A stretch of 64,000 bases of DNA from Candidatus Falkowbacteria bacterium (lineage in GTDB: Bacteria > Patescibacteriota > Patescibacteriia > UBA11705 > JACRDX01): contig JAZDOE010000001.1 of assembly GCA_043798985.1 (NCBI GenBank), positions 309-64,308 of the forward strand, read 5' to 3'. Both the position numbers and the translations under genes were made by a program. The notes under the pieces were generated by a model, which had not been told where the DNA came from, searched no databases, and worked only from the letters and a program-made list of their open reading frames with translations. Positions 10,673-20,853 of the stretch are shown piece by piece. The stretch's first letter is position 1, and each line of letters opens with the position of its first letter.

Positions 10673-11767
10673 CTACACATTGAATTTAAAAACACAAACA
10701 TCTCCGTCCTGAACAATATAATCTTTGCCGCAAAGTTTTATCAATCCTTTTTCTTTGGCGGCCGGCTCGCTTCCAGCGTCAAGTAAAACCTTCCAGTTGA
10801 CTACATCTGCCGCGATAAATCCACGCTGGAAGTCAGTGTGTATTTTGCCGGCCGCCTCTGGCGCCGTTGAACCTTTCGTAATTGTCCACGCGCGCGTTTC
10901 TTTTGGTCCGGCAGTAAGAAACGTGATCAAATTCAGCAATTCGTATGCTTTTAAAATTATATTGTCCAAGCCAGTATGTTGCAAATTCATTGTTTTTAAA
11001 TATTCAGCCACTTCTTCTGCGGGCAAATCCGCGAGATCAGCTTCAAGTTTCGCGCAGATTGGCACAACAATTTCGTTTTTTAATCCAATTTTTTGTAAAT
11101 CAACGTTTTGCGTTAAAGAATTTTCATCAATATTCAAAGCGTAAAACATTGGTTTTGCGGTCAGCAAGTTTAAATATTTTATTGATTCCAGTTCCTCGTA
11201 GTCTAACCCAATTTTTTGCAGCAATTTGCCGGCTTCGAGCGCCGGCACGATTTTATTTGTTAATAAATCAATAGTTTGTTGAGTCTCTTTTTGCTCTTGC
11301 GTTTTCGCGCCTTTTAATTTTGCGCGTAATTTTTCCAAATGTTTTTTGACAACTTCCAAATCTGCTAGCGCCAATTCAATGTCTATTGTCTCTCTATCAC
11401 CAGCCGGATCCACTTTTGCGTTAACGTGAATAATATTTTCATCCTGAAAACAGCGGACAACTTGGCATATCGCGTCAACTTCTCGTATGTGCGACAAAAA
11501 TTGGTTGCCAAGCCCCTCGCCTTTGTGCGCTCCGCGCACTAAGCCAGCGACATCCCAAAATTCAACGACCGTCGCTACGATTTTTTGTGAACTGTAAAAA
11601 TCGGCGAGCTTTTTGAGCCGTTCGTCTGGAACCTCAACGATTCCTTTGTTCGGCGCGATAGTGCAAAAAGGATAGTTGGCAATGTCCACCTGCCTTTTTG
11701 TCAGCGCTTTAAATAAAGTTGATTTGCCGACATTCGGCAAACCAACTATTCCGATTGAAACAGACAC
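10673..11767 (-). CDS. ychF: Ribosome-binding ATPase YchF (Obg-family GTPase)
   Basis: G1 motif GIVGLPNVGKSTLF at the N-terminus and the C-terminal TGS domain. 364 aa. Confidence 0.92.
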   Translation of the reverse strand: MSVSIGIVGLPNVGKSTLFKALTKRQVDIANYPFCTIAPNKGIVEVPDERLKKLADFYSSQKIVATVVEFWDVAGLVRGAHKGEGLGNQFLSHIREVDAICQVVRCFQDENIIHVNAKVDPAGDRETIDIELALADLEVVKKHLEKLRAKLKGAKTQEQKETQQTIDLLTNKIVPALEAGKLLQKIGLDYEELESIKYLNLLTAKPMFYALNIDENSLTQNVDLQKIGLKNEIVVPICAKLEADLADLPAEEVAEYLKTMNLQHTGLDNIILKAYELLNLITFLTAGPKETRAWTITKGSTAPEAAGKIHTDFQRGFIAADVVNWKVLLDAGSEPAAKEKGLIKLCGKDYIVQDGDVCVFKFNV

Positions 11768-11773
11768 AGAATA

Positions 11774-12649
11774 TTATTTTTTAGCCGCTTCTACGACCGT
11801 CGTAAAAGTAGCGGCAATTTTTTCAAAATCGTTTCTGTATGTTAAATATCCAGCGATTTGTTTATCAATTGCGTTAAAGCTCATGCGGTAGATGTGCTTT
11901 TTTGTAAGCAATAAAACCGTTGGAATTTGTTCTCCCGCGTCGTTCAAGTTTAAGAAGTACAGACCAGTGCCATTAACAAAAGCAAATTCGTCAATCAGTT
12001 TTAGGTCTTTGAAAATATCGTATTTTTCTTTTAGTGTCAGTCCTGCAAAATCCAAGTAGTCTTCTTCGATGGAAGTTGCCTGCCTAAAATCAATTATTGC
12101 TTTTGGCTGAAAATAGACAATAAATTTGACAACAGGATTGACCGTTTCTTTGTCAGTGGTCGTTTTGTCGGCAGGCGGCGTTGTGTCCAGCTTTTGATCA
12201 TTGACGATTAGCGGCTTTGCCACCTCCCAAGTTGTTGGAAGTTTTATTTGAAACGCAGCGGTTTCGTCTTTGTAAATTGTCCAGTCCGTTGTATTCATAT
12301 CATCTGGAATTTTGCGTTCTTTTTCCAACATATCAACAACCAATGCCTGATTTTCTTTGTTTGAAGTTTCTAAGGCGTTGGTTTTATCCTGCAATGACGC
12401 TATTTTTTTCGTCACGTCTTGCAATTGCGTTGCCAATGCTTCGGATTGTTCCTGCGCGTCATTCAGTTTGTTGATTTTGTCTTTGGTGTATCCGAAAATT
12501 ATTCCGATTACCACCAAAATTACAATTACCACAACGGCCAAAGAAAAGTACACGTTGTCAGATTCTTTGTCGCTTTTGTTTGTTGGTTTGTTTGGCATCA
12601 CGCTCGCCCCTCCTGTTGAGCTGTCAGCCAGAATTTTTTTCGTTGCCAT
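11774..12649 (-). CDS. Hypothetical single-pass membrane protein with a coiled-coil region
   Basis: 291 aa with one TM helix (LAVVVIVILVVIGIIFGY) and a Q/K/E-rich heptad region. No recognisable catalytic motif. Confidence 0.5.
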   Translation of the reverse strand: MATKKILADSSTGGASVMPNKPTNKSDKESDNVYFSLAVVVIVILVVIGIIFGYTKDKINKLNDAQEQSEALATQLQDVTKKIASLQDKTNALETSNKENQALVVDMLEKERKIPDDMNTTDWTIYKDETAAFQIKLPTTWEVAKPLIVNDQKLDTTPPADKTTTDKETVNPVVKFIVYFQPKAIIDFRQATSIEEDYLDFAGLTLKEKYDIFKDLKLIDEFAFVNGTGLYFLNLNDAGEQIPTVLLLTKKHIYRMSFNAIDKQIAGYLTYRNDFEKIAATFTTVVEAAKK

Positions 12650-12789
12650 AGAGTTTTAAAAGGTGAATGATTGTAGTTTTATTTTAAATCATTTGTTCAA
12701 ATAACGCAATCATAAATAACACAACATAAAAGTTTGTCAAAATGTCCGTTGATAATGTATAATGGTGCTGTAGTGTCAAAGTTTGTCAT

Positions 12790-14532
12790 TTGATATTTGA
12801 AATTAGAAATTTTTATTCTATGTCTTCCCACAATCCATCGTTAGATGATTTATTAAGTTCAACAAAACCAACTGATAGCGATGATACTGGCGCCGGCGCA
12901 AAGCTTTCTGAAAAATTGCGCGACATAAAGTTGAGCGATGAGGAAAAAGTTGTCGCGCAAAACGCCGGCGCGCAGAATTTGCCGTACATTGATTTAGTGT
13001 CTTTCCCAATTAATAATGAAGCCATCGCGAGTATTCCGCGGGAAACGGCAGAAGAATTGTCGGTCGTTTGTTTTTTAAATACAGGAGACGAAATGCGGCT
13101 TGGCGTTGTTGAGCAAAATGATAAAACAAAAGAACTGGCATACCAGCTTGGCGAGCGTTTTCATGCCAATGTCCGCGTTTATCTGATCAGCCCGCAAAGT
13201 TTCAAAATCGCGATGAAAATTTATGACCGTATTCCGAAAGTTAAAAAAGTTGAACGTGGATTGAAAATTGAAGAAGATTCTTTGAAAAATTTTCGTAAGT
13301 CTATCAAAAGTTTGGCAGATATTCAGGGACTGTTGAGCGGCGCGAATATTACGGAGATGGTTGATTTGCTTATCGCGGCCGCGATTTTTGCAAATGCGTC
13401 TGATTTTCATATTGAAGCCGGAAAAGAAAAAATTCACGTGCGGTTTAGAATTGATGGCGTGTTGAATGACATCGCGGAGTTAAAGTCGGATTTGCTAAAA
13501 AGATTACTTGATCGCGTAAAACTTTTGGCAGGGTTGAAAATTAATATAACCGACGCGCCACAAGACGGAAAATTTTCCATAGAGACAGAGGCGTTTGGAG
13601 AAATTGACGTGCGCGTTTCAACAATCCCGACCAATTTTGGCGAGAGCGTGGTAATGCGGCTTTTGATGTCCAGTAAAATTGACATCAATCTTTCAACGCT
13701 TGGTTTGCGTGATTTTGATTTTAAATCGTTGAACCAGCAAATTAGCCGACCAAATGGCATGATTCTGGTGACAGGTCCTACTGGGTCTGGTAAAACAACA
13801 ACGCTTTATGCTGTGTTGCTTGAATTGAATAAGCCAAAGGTGAAAATTATTACGTTGGAGGATCCGATTGAGTATCAGGTTTCTGGAATTAACCAAAGTC
13901 AGGTTGACTCAACAAAAAATTATTCATTTTCAAGCGGTTTGCGTTCAATTTTGCGGCAAGATCCTGACATTGTTATGATTGGTGAAATCCGCGATTTGGA
14001 AACAGCTGAAACCGCGATTAACGCCAGTTTAACCGGACATTTATTGCTTTCTACGGTGCATACAAATTCTGCCGCGGGCGCCGTTCCAAGATTATTGTCA
14101 ATGAACGTCAAACCTTTTTTACTGGCGCCCGCGTTGAATTTAATAGTTGCGCAACGTTTGGTGCGCGTGCTTTGCGATAAATGTAAAGAAAAAATTAAAA
14201 TTGATTCTGGAATGTTAACTCGCGTTCAGGATATTGTCAGCGAGATTCCGGACAGCAACACTGACAAGCCGCATGTTGAAAATTTGGTTTTTTATGGGTC
14301 GAAGGGCTGTCCAGCGTGTCATAATGTTGGCTATAAAGGCAGAATCGGAATTTTTGAATTAATTGTCGTCACCGACGAAATGAAAAAAATGATAAACGAT
14401 GGCAAAGCCACAGAAATGGATATTGTGACAGCCGCCAGAAAAAATGGAATGACAACCATGGTTCAGGATGGAGTAATCAAAGCTGGCCAAGGATTAACAT
14501 CGTTGGATGAAGTATTTAGGGTTATTGAATAA
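12790..14532 (+). CDS. pilB: Type IV pilus assembly / type II secretion ATPase (GspE/PilB family)
   Basis: Walker A GPTGSGKTT, Asp box, His box, and the C-terminal tetracysteine zinc motif (CDKC...CPACH). Upstream promoter TTGATAATGTATAAT. Confidence 0.9.
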   Translation: MIFEIRNFYSMSSHNPSLDDLLSSTKPTDSDDTGAGAKLSEKLRDIKLSDEEKVVAQNAGAQNLPYIDLVSFPINNEAIASIPRETAEELSVVCFLNTGDEMRLGVVEQNDKTKELAYQLGERFHANVRVYLISPQSFKIAMKIYDRIPKVKKVERGLKIEEDSLKNFRKSIKSLADIQGLLSGANITEMVDLLIAAAIFANASDFHIEAGKEKIHVRFRIDGVLNDIAELKSDLLKRLLDRVKLLAGLKINITDAPQDGKFSIETEAFGEIDVRVSTIPTNFGESVVMRLLMSSKIDINLSTLGLRDFDFKSLNQQISRPNGMILVTGPTGSGKTTTLYAVLLELNKPKVKIITLEDPIEYQVSGINQSQVDSTKNYSFSSGLRSILRQDPDIVMIGEIRDLETAETAINASLTGHLLLSTVHTNSAAGAVPRLLSMNVKPFLLAPALNLIVAQRLVRVLCDKCKEKIKIDSGMLTRVQDIVSEIPDSNTDKPHVENLVFYGSKGCPACHNVGYKGRIGIFELIVVTDEMKKMINDGKATEMDIVTAARKNGMTTMVQDGVIKAGQGLTSLDEVFRVIE

Positions 14533-14545
14533 AAAAATACAACGA

Positions 14546-14574
14546 AAGCCCCGCTGATTGGCGGGGCTTTTGAG
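14546..14574 (+). terminator. Rho-independent terminator (aagccccgc-tgattg-gcggggctt-TTTT)
   Basis: 9-bp GC stem plus a T-run, 14 nt after the pilB stop. Confidence 0.75.
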
Positions 14575-14590
14575 TTGGGATGTTTTAATT

Positions 14591-14908
14591 TTATAGTGCC
14601 GGTTGAACTGGTACGGCAACGGCGTCTTTCTTGGTTTTGAGATATTTTTTGAGTCGTTGGCCGGCTTTGAATTTGACAACCAAAGTGTCTGGAATGGTGA
14701 TTGGTTCTGATGTTTTTTGCGGGTTCACGCCAACGCGGCCCTTTCTTGTTCTGGCGGAAAAAGTTCCAAATCCGGTTAATGTCACTTCGTCGCCAGCTTT
14801 GATGGCGTTCATTGTTGTTTCAACAAAGCAATCAAGCGTGTCTTCGGCTTGTTTTTTTGTGACGTTGCATTTTTCCGAAATTACTGCGGCAAGTTTGTCT
14901 TTGTTCAT
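14591..14908 (-). CDS. hup: DNA-binding protein HU/IHF family
   Basis: 105 aa with the HU signature (GFGTF...R.GRNP.T). The C-terminus is extended. Confidence 0.9.
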   Translation of the reverse strand: MNKDKLAAVISEKCNVTKKQAEDTLDCFVETTMNAIKAGDEVTLTGFGTFSARTRKGRVGVNPQKTSEPITIPDTLVVKFKAGQRLKKYLKTKKDAVAVPVQPAL

Positions 14909-14919
14909 ATTAATTGTGG

Positions 14920-15720
14920 TTACGAAATTTTAACGTAAGCATTGAGGCGTTCAATTTTTTCACACAGACCCTTTTCATTTATTATAGCAAAAATAGCATT
15001 GACAATACAATTGCCTTCTTCCGGCAGTTCAAACTTTTGCGGTGTCTGGTATAAAAATTGTTCAACGACTTCGTTCAGATTAACGCCCAAGCTTCCGTCT
15101 TTAAATCCAGCCATGCCAATGTCAGTAATATAGCCAGTGCCTTTTGGTAAAATTTCTTCGTCAGAAGTTGGAATGTGCGTGTGTGTTCCGACCAGCAAAG
15201 AAATCTGGCCGTCAAAATATCTTCCCATTGTTGTTTTTTCAGAAGTTGCTTCAGCATGCAAGTCAACGATAATGTGTTTTATTTTTTTCTTTTTTGCTTC
15301 TCTGATTATTGTTTCTATTGTCCTGAACGGGCAGTCAAAATTTTCTTTAAAAAAGAATACGCGGCCATTAACATTGGCGATGAGTACTTTTTTCTTTTCT
15401 GTTTTTACGATTTTATAACCAACACCTTGGAGTCCCGCGGGGTAGTTTGCCGGGCGGATTATTGGCAGTTGATCATTTTTAAAAATTTCTTCGGCTTTGG
15501 CATTGTCCCAGACATGGTTGCCCGAGGTAAAAAAATCAACGCCAGCTTCCATCATTTCGTTGAGAGTGGATTCCGTTATGCCTTTGCCGTGCGCCAAATT
15601 TTCCGCGTTGGCAATCACCAGGTCAGGTTCGTAAATTTCTTTCCATTTTGGCAAAACTTGTTTGACCGCTTTTCTGCCGATTTTGCCGACAATGTCTCCG
15701 ATGAATAGTATTTTTAGCAT
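14920..15720 (-). CDS. ymdB: YmdB-family metallophosphoesterase (2',3'-cyclic-nucleotide phosphodiesterase, TIGR00282)
   Basis: N-terminus MLKILFIGDIVGKIGR...ANAENLAHGKGIT...GNHVWDN aligns closely with B. subtilis YmdB. ymdB normally sits next to rny, but here an island separates them. Confidence 0.88.
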   Translation of the reverse strand: MLKILFIGDIVGKIGRKAVKQVLPKWKEIYEPDLVIANAENLAHGKGITESTLNEMMEAGVDFFTSGNHVWDNAKAEEIFKNDQLPIIRPANYPAGLQGVGYKIVKTEKKKVLIANVNGRVFFFKENFDCPFRTIETIIREAKKKKIKHIIVDLHAEATSEKTTMGRYFDGQISLLVGTHTHIPTSDEEILPKGTGYITDIGMAGFKDGSLGVNLNEVVEQFLYQTPQKFELPEEGNCIVNAIFAIINEKGLCEKIERLNAYVKIS

Positions 15721-15869
15721 ATGTTTGTTTAATTATTATATCAACGCCTGTAATTTAGCGCAAATTTTGGTGTTGACAAATCGGGAGCGATTTGATAATC
15801 TGTGGGCATTAGGGGGAGCCTATCATGGTGGTGGGAGATCCTTAACAACTTAAGCAACGGAGGCCTGTT

Positions 15870-16673
15870 ATGGGAAGCCTGCTGAAAGAGCTGCCATCCT
15901 CTGAACTGGTGGCAACGATTGAAGAGTTTGGACGATTGGGGGTGACGCATGCGGATCTGAAGATTTTCAGATCTCTATGCGAGGAAGAGAAGAAAAGCAT
16001 CATAGCAACGTTTCGCTCTTTTGGCTCATTGCCAAATTTGCAAGGATTTGTGCTCGAGCCGTATAAGAGGACGACTGCTCAAGTGAAATTGCGCGAGATC
16101 ATGGGCAAGAACATGTTCGGAATAGAAGACGCGCTGATGCATTTTGATGCATGGGCAACCAGTGGGCAAATCGCGGCATTGGACGAGATACCATACTCTA
16201 AAAATGTGTTGAGAGAGTGCAAAGAAACGCATGTCTTGATAGCAGATTTTGGTTTGTCTATCAGAGACATGTGGAAAATGCACAGACGATTGTTTCGCTA
16301 TCGGGACAAGATGCCAGATGCGCCAAGCGAGTTTCTGGAAAAACGCGCGGCTCCTCAATGGCGTTTGATTGCCAAATACGCGAAGATAGACATCTGTAAC
16401 GCCGAGGATGGAGATACGCTTGCGACGCTTGGCAACGATGAAGAAATGCCAATAGCGCGAGAGTTGGTGTACGCGGCAATCGGGATGCGGCTCGCTCGCG
16501 GAGAGATTCTGTTTCATGATGTTAGAATCAGAACAGATGAAGGGCGGCGGTTTGAAGGTTGGTACATGCATATTGGTCCGCATGATGAAGAGTATGGGCT
16601 TGGTATTTTTTACGGCGGACTCATGCATGGTAGTGTTGGTAGTGGAATTGTGGGTCGCAGAAAGTTGTGTTGA
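15870..16673 (+). CDS. Hypothetical protein, high-GC island 'A', paralog of the 40488..41306 product
   Basis: About 55% GC with GC3-rich codons in a low-GC genome. It has its own TTGACA-18-GATAAT promoter (15775-15806) and SD (AACGGAGGcctgttATG). Several protein segments align with island 'B' (e.g. DEEMPIARELVYAAIGMRLARGEILF vs DERVPNAAEVAWGVIAYKAVRNVFLL). Confidence 0.6.
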   Translation: MGSLLKELPSSELVATIEEFGRLGVTHADLKIFRSLCEEEKKSIIATFRSFGSLPNLQGFVLEPYKRTTAQVKLREIMGKNMFGIEDALMHFDAWATSGQIAALDEIPYSKNVLRECKETHVLIADFGLSIRDMWKMHRRLFRYRDKMPDAPSEFLEKRAAPQWRLIAKYAKIDICNAEDGDTLATLGNDEEMPIARELVYAAIGMRLARGEILFHDVRIRTDEGRRFEGWYMHIGPHDEEYGLGIFYGGLMHGSVGSGIVGRRKLC

Positions 16674-16676
16674 ACG

Positions 16677-17114
16677 TTGAAATTCACTGGCAAACAATGG
16701 AGGAAGGCCATGAGAAGAGTGATGAAGTGGGAGATTCCTGCCTATGGAGCGTTGCTGTTGATAACGTTGGCGTTGATTGCGTGGACGTACTTGCCAAAGT
16801 CAACCGACGCAAAACCGTACCCGATCAATGATTCTGCTGTCAAAGCGGAAGAACACGTAAGATCGCCGTTCGCGTTTTCCGAGAGTCTTTACGAGGCGCT
16901 TAAAGAGAATGACGCGCTTCGCGAGGAGCTGGAAGTGTACAAGGCGCTGGAAGCCGAGTGGGCGGCGCAGGTTTTGACCCAGCTGCCGTGTCCAACATGT
17001 CCTGGCCATGTGGAAATCCTTTCTTCCGCAACGCCGCAGTGGTCAATGCCGCTCGAGTTGTTGGCGCTTTATTACTCCGGCGCAAACGGCGGAGGAGGAG
17101 TAAGCGTGAAATAG
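16677..17114 (+). CDS. Hypothetical N-terminally membrane-anchored protein, co-transcribed with island 'A'
   Basis: 145 aa. Starts 3 nt after the stop of gene A. One TM segment (AYGALLLITLALIAWTY), a CPTCP motif and a Gly-rich C-terminus. High GC. Confidence 0.5.
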   Translation: MKFTGKQWRKAMRRVMKWEIPAYGALLLITLALIAWTYLPKSTDAKPYPINDSAVKAEEHVRSPFAFSESLYEALKENDALREELEVYKALEAEWAAQVLTQLPCPTCPGHVEILSSATPQWSMPLELLALYYSGANGGGGVSVK

Positions 17115-17186
17115 GATAGGCTACACCGCTCAGCAAAGCTGGGCGGCGATTTTTTTGCAAAAAAAAACGAGCGTCGTTGTGGGTGT

Positions 17187-17297
17187 TGTCATTTCGACCC
17201 CACAACGCCCGCTTCGCCGAGGCGAGTGGGGGAGAAATCCCTTGTGAAATGCATTTGCGAAGGGATTCCTCACCCTTTGCAAGGGTTCGGAATGACA
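17187..17297 (-). mobile_element. MITE/RPE-like hairpin repeat, full-length copy R1 (111 bp), minus orientation, intergenic between island A/H and rny
   Basis: Terminal inverted repeats tgtcatttcgacccc ... ggttcggaatgaca. The internal core gggggagaaatcccttgt(g/a)aa is shared with copies at 42447, 44175 and 49030. The element is itself flanked by an 8-bp inverted repeat (gagcgtcg / cgacgctc). Confidence 0.8.
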
Positions 17298-17329
17298 GGC
17301 GGCCTCACCGACGCTCTGTTTTGTAATTT

Positions 17330-18850
17330 TTATCTGGCGTATTCTATGACTCTGTTTTCGCGAATAACTGTTACCTTAATTTCACCCGGATATTTTAGTT
17401 CAGCTTCTATTTTTTTCGCGATTTCCTCCGCAAGTTTTTGCGCTTGCAAATCTGAAATCTGTTCTGGCTGGACAAACACGCGGACTTCGCGGCCAGCCTG
17501 AATAGCATATGCTTTTTCAACGCCCGGAAGATCTGTCGCGATTCCTTCCAAATCAGACAGCCGTTGCAAATAGTTTTCGTAAGTGTCTTTTCTTGCCCCT
17601 GGACGCGCGCCGGAAATCGCGTCAGCTGTTTTTACAATTATGCCTTCAACCGTTGTTGGCGTATCAAGATGATGCTCAAGAATCGGCGCGATAATTTCAG
17701 CTGGTAAATTGAATTTTTTGGCAATGTCGCGGCCGATTTCAGGGTGAGTGCCTTGAACTTCGTGATCAACGGCTTTGCCCAGGTCATGCAAAAACCCGGC
17801 TTTTTTGGCAACCGCGACTTTTACTCCAAGCTGTTCCGCAAGCAACGCGGAAAGATGCGCGACTTCAATGCTGTGCTGTAAAACATTTTGGCCATAGCTT
17901 GTGCGGTATTTTAAGCGGCCCATGATTTGAACCAACTTTGGGTCTAGTCCCGCAATTCCAACGTCATAGCAAGCTTCTTCGCCCGCTTTTTTGATGTCTA
18001 TGGCAACTTCTTGTTTTGCTTCTTCCAGCGCGCTTTCAATTTTTGCGGGATGAATGCGTCCGTCCAAAATTAATTTTTCCAGCATTCGTTTTGCCACTTG
18101 TCTGCGAATCGGTGAAAAGCTGGAAATGGTGATTGCTTGTGGCGTGTCGTCAATAATGATTTCAGTGCCAGTCATTTGTTCAAGCACTTTGATGTTGCGG
18201 CCTTCGCGACCAATGATTCTGCCTTTCATTTCGTCTGATGGCAAATTGACAGTGCTGGTCGTTGTTTCAACCGCTTGATTAATTGCGCAACGTTGTATCG
18301 CGCTGATAAGAATTCTTTTTGCTTCTTCGTCCAAAACTGTCGCGCCTTCTTCTTTTAATTTTTTCACGCGGCTCATAATGGATTCTTCCATTTGAGTTTC
18401 AACGTTTTTTACTAAAACCTGCGCTGCTTCCTGTTTCGTGAGACCTGCGATTTTTTCCAATTTTTCCAACTGGCTTTTTTGGATTTCCTGAATTTTTAAT
18501 TTTGTCTCTTCCAATTGCTGCGCTTTTTCTTGAAGTTTGCCTTTTTCGCCTTCCAAATCCATCAGTTTTTGGTCAAACATTGATTCTCTGCGCTCAAGTC
18601 GTTTTTGTAAATTTGACAATTCTTGTCTGCGGCCTTGCTCGTCGCGTTTCGCGTCTTCAATGATTTTGAACGCCTTGTCTTTTGCTTCCATTACCATTTC
18701 TTTTTGCTTGGCTTTTGTTTCGTTCAGCGAATTCGCGATTTTGGTTTCAAGTGATTTTGCTTTGTTGGCGATAATCAATTTTCGCGTGTAATAACCAACA
18801 AAAAAACCAGCCACGAGGATGACAGCCGCTTCAATAATTAGCTGTGACAT
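17330..18850 (-). CDS. rny: Ribonuclease Y
   Basis: N-terminal TM anchor, coiled coil, KH domain and HD domain (H...HD...D). 506 aa. Confidence 0.92.
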   Translation of the reverse strand: MSQLIIEAAVILVAGFFVGYYTRKLIIANKAKSLETKIANSLNETKAKQKEMVMEAKDKAFKIIEDAKRDEQGRRQELSNLQKRLERRESMFDQKLMDLEGEKGKLQEKAQQLEETKLKIQEIQKSQLEKLEKIAGLTKQEAAQVLVKNVETQMEESIMSRVKKLKEEGATVLDEEAKRILISAIQRCAINQAVETTTSTVNLPSDEMKGRIIGREGRNIKVLEQMTGTEIIIDDTPQAITISSFSPIRRQVAKRMLEKLILDGRIHPAKIESALEEAKQEVAIDIKKAGEEACYDVGIAGLDPKLVQIMGRLKYRTSYGQNVLQHSIEVAHLSALLAEQLGVKVAVAKKAGFLHDLGKAVDHEVQGTHPEIGRDIAKKFNLPAEIIAPILEHHLDTPTTVEGIIVKTADAISGARPGARKDTYENYLQRLSDLEGIATDLPGVEKAYAIQAGREVRVFVQPEQISDLQAQKLAEEIAKKIEAELKYPGEIKVTVIRENRVIEYAR

Positions 18851-19162
18851 ATTCTTTGGCCAGCTGGAAAAACGTTTGAATTGTTTGCGTCTACAACAAA
18901 AAACTTATTTACTGATTTTAGCGGTATTTTGTGAAAGCACGTCTTGGTTGTTGTATATATTCAAATTCATGCGATTACTGAAATTTGTTGAATTTCGCAA
19001 ATCTAACGTTTTCTTGCTTGCCGTTTATTTTTAAACTATTCATATTATACAGCATCTGAAAATAAAAAGCAAATGCAGGGTTAATGTTGACATTTTGAAA
19101 TAAATGAAATAAACTAAGTAGCAGAATGTTGGATGGCCACTTTTACAACGAGGAGGTGTGCA

Positions 19163-19606
19163 ATGAATGAGGGATGCAGGCCGGCGCATGAAGTGATCGT
19201 GCATCATCTGGAAGCTCAAGTTGATTTTGTCCATCGCAGTCTGGTGACGGAAACGCTGGACATCGCGTTCAGCCGATACGCGCAGGTGCACGCTCTGTTG
19301 TTCGTCTTGGAGGAGATGGTCATTCCAGAGCAAGCGGTTAGCCGCGTGATTTCTGCGTTGCATGGTATTTCGGAGCGTTTCAAAGAGATGCTGCCAATGG
19401 CCGGAGCGTTTCACGCGCGGATGGACAAGGCAGTTGAGATTCTGGTGGCGCGCAAGAAGCGCAGCGAGCAGCCGGGCGGATCGTCGAATGCTGACAAGCC
19501 ATTGTCTGCAGCAGAGAAGAAGATGGTGGGGGGTGTAGTTGATGAGGCGCTGCGCCTTGCCGATGAGTGCGAGGTCGTTGCTGAGAAGTTGAGAAAGAAA
19601 AGATGA
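19163..19606 (+). CDS. Hypothetical protein, high-GC island 'C'
   Basis: About 58% GC. TTGACA-18-TAAACT promoter (19087-19116), SD GAGGAGGTGTGCA-ATG, followed by a terminator. The ORF track calls 19133, but the ATG 30 nt downstream has the proper RBS spacing. Confidence 0.55.
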   Translation: MNEGCRPAHEVIVHHLEAQVDFVHRSLVTETLDIAFSRYAQVHALLFVLEEMVIPEQAVSRVISALHGISERFKEMLPMAGAFHARMDKAVEILVARKKRSEQPGGSSNADKPLSAAEKKMVGGVVDEALRLADECEVVAEKLRKKR

Positions 19607-19617
19607 TGAGTGATCTT

Positions 19618-19650
19618 TCGGGGCGCTCGCAAAGCGATCGCCCCCTTTTT
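19618..19650 (+). terminator. Rho-independent terminator after island C (cggggcgctcgc-aaa-gcgatcgccccc-TTTTTTT)
   Basis: 11-bp stem with one mismatch, followed by T7. Confidence 0.75.
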
Positions 19651-19674
19651 TTACGCCAGCATTTTTGCTAAGAT

Positions 19675-20853
19675 ATGGTTGTACGGGTTGTTAAATATGT
19701 CTTTATGAATATAGCGCAGGTTGTGTGCGTTCTGCCACCTATAGCCGGAGGAATTGGTCGCGTGGCAGATCGCTATGCTGATGAATTAACAAAACTCGGG
19801 CATGAAGTTCAGGTTTTTCTTCCTCAACAAAAAGGGGTGGATTTTTGTTTGGGCAAAAATTACAGAGTTGAACTGTTAAAACCGCTTGTTGGAAACGGGT
19901 TAGCAGCTGTTTTACCGCAGCTTTTTGGCAAATTGAAAAATTTTGATGCGATTATTTTGCATTATCCGTTTTTTGGGTCAGCTTTGTTGACGGCGCTGGT
20001 TGTCTCCTTCGACAGGCTCAGGATGACAACGCCGCGACGATTTATTGTTGTTTATCACATGGATGTTGTGTTAAAAGGTTGGAAAAAAATTTATGAAAAA
20101 GTTGGGCGATGGTTGTTTTTAAATTTTATTTTAAATTCCGCGGATAAAATTGTTTGTTCGTCATTTGATTACATTGAAAATTCAAATATAAAAAAATATT
20201 TTAGAAAACGCCGCGCCAAATTTTTTGAAATTCCTTTTGGCGCATCCGATCAATTTAAACCAGCGCCAAAAGATACAGAATTGTTGGCGCGGCACGGTTT
20301 TATTGAATCCGATAAAATCGTTTTATTTGTCGGTGGTTTAAATTCCGAACATTATTTTAAAGGCGTGAATTATTTTATTGACGCGATCAAGTTGATTGAT
20401 GATAAAAACATAAAAGCATTGATTGTTGGTTCTGGAAATTTGAAAAGCGAATATGAGAAGTTGGTTGACGAGAAGAATTTGGCGAATCGCGTAAAGTTTG
20501 CCGGATTTGTAAGTGATGAAGATTTGCCAAAATATTATAATTTGGCAGACGCAATAATTTTGCCGTCAATAAATTGTTCGGAAGCGTTTGGCATTGTGCT
20601 GGTTGAAGCAATGGCGTGCGGAAAACCGGTGCTGGCGTCAGATTTGGCAGGCGTGCGAAGTGTTGTTGAAAATAATAGAAACGGTTTTACGTTTGAACCA
20701 AAAACATCGGCTGATATCGCGTTAAAAATTGAAATGCTTTTTGGCGATGTTGCGCGCTATAAAATATTCAGCGAAGAATGTTTAAGGTTAGTTGAACAAA
20801 AATATCGCTGGAATATCGCCGCGAAAAAATTGAATGAAATAATTTTGTCATGA
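19675..20853 (+). CDS. Glycosyltransferase family 1 (GT4)
   Basis: C-terminal EAFGIVLVEAMACGKPV...E motif typical of GT4 retaining glycosyltransferases. Confidence 0.85.
   Translation: MVVRVVKYVFMNIAQVVCVLPPIAGGIGRVADRYADELTKLGHEVQVFLPQQKGVDFCLGKNYRVELLKPLVGNGLAAVLPQLFGKLKNFDAIILHYPFFGSALLTALVVSFDRLRMTTPRRFIVVYHMDVVLKGWKKIYEKVGRWLFLNFILNSADKIVCSSFDYIENSNIKKYFRKRRAKFFEIPFGASDQFKPAPKDTELLARHGFIESDKIVLFVGGLNSEHYFKGVNYFIDAIKLIDDKNIKALIVGSGNLKSEYEKLVDEKNLANRVKFAGFVSDEDLPKYYNLADAIILPSINCSEAFGIVLVEAMACGKPVLASDLAGVRSVVENNRNGFTFEPKTSADIALKIEMLFGDVARYKIFSEECLRLVEQKYRWNIAAKKLNEIILS

Noticed and set aside
12790-14532. A full type IV pilus or type II secretion operon around pilB
   Set aside because: Only the ATPase is present here. 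No pilC, pilM/N/O or pilin genes flank it within the window, so no system-level call is made.
17226-17501. + strand 91-aa ORF overlapping MITE copy R1 and the rny 3' end
   Set aside because: It is read through a repeat element and the end of rny. It is probably an artefact of the repeat's open frames.
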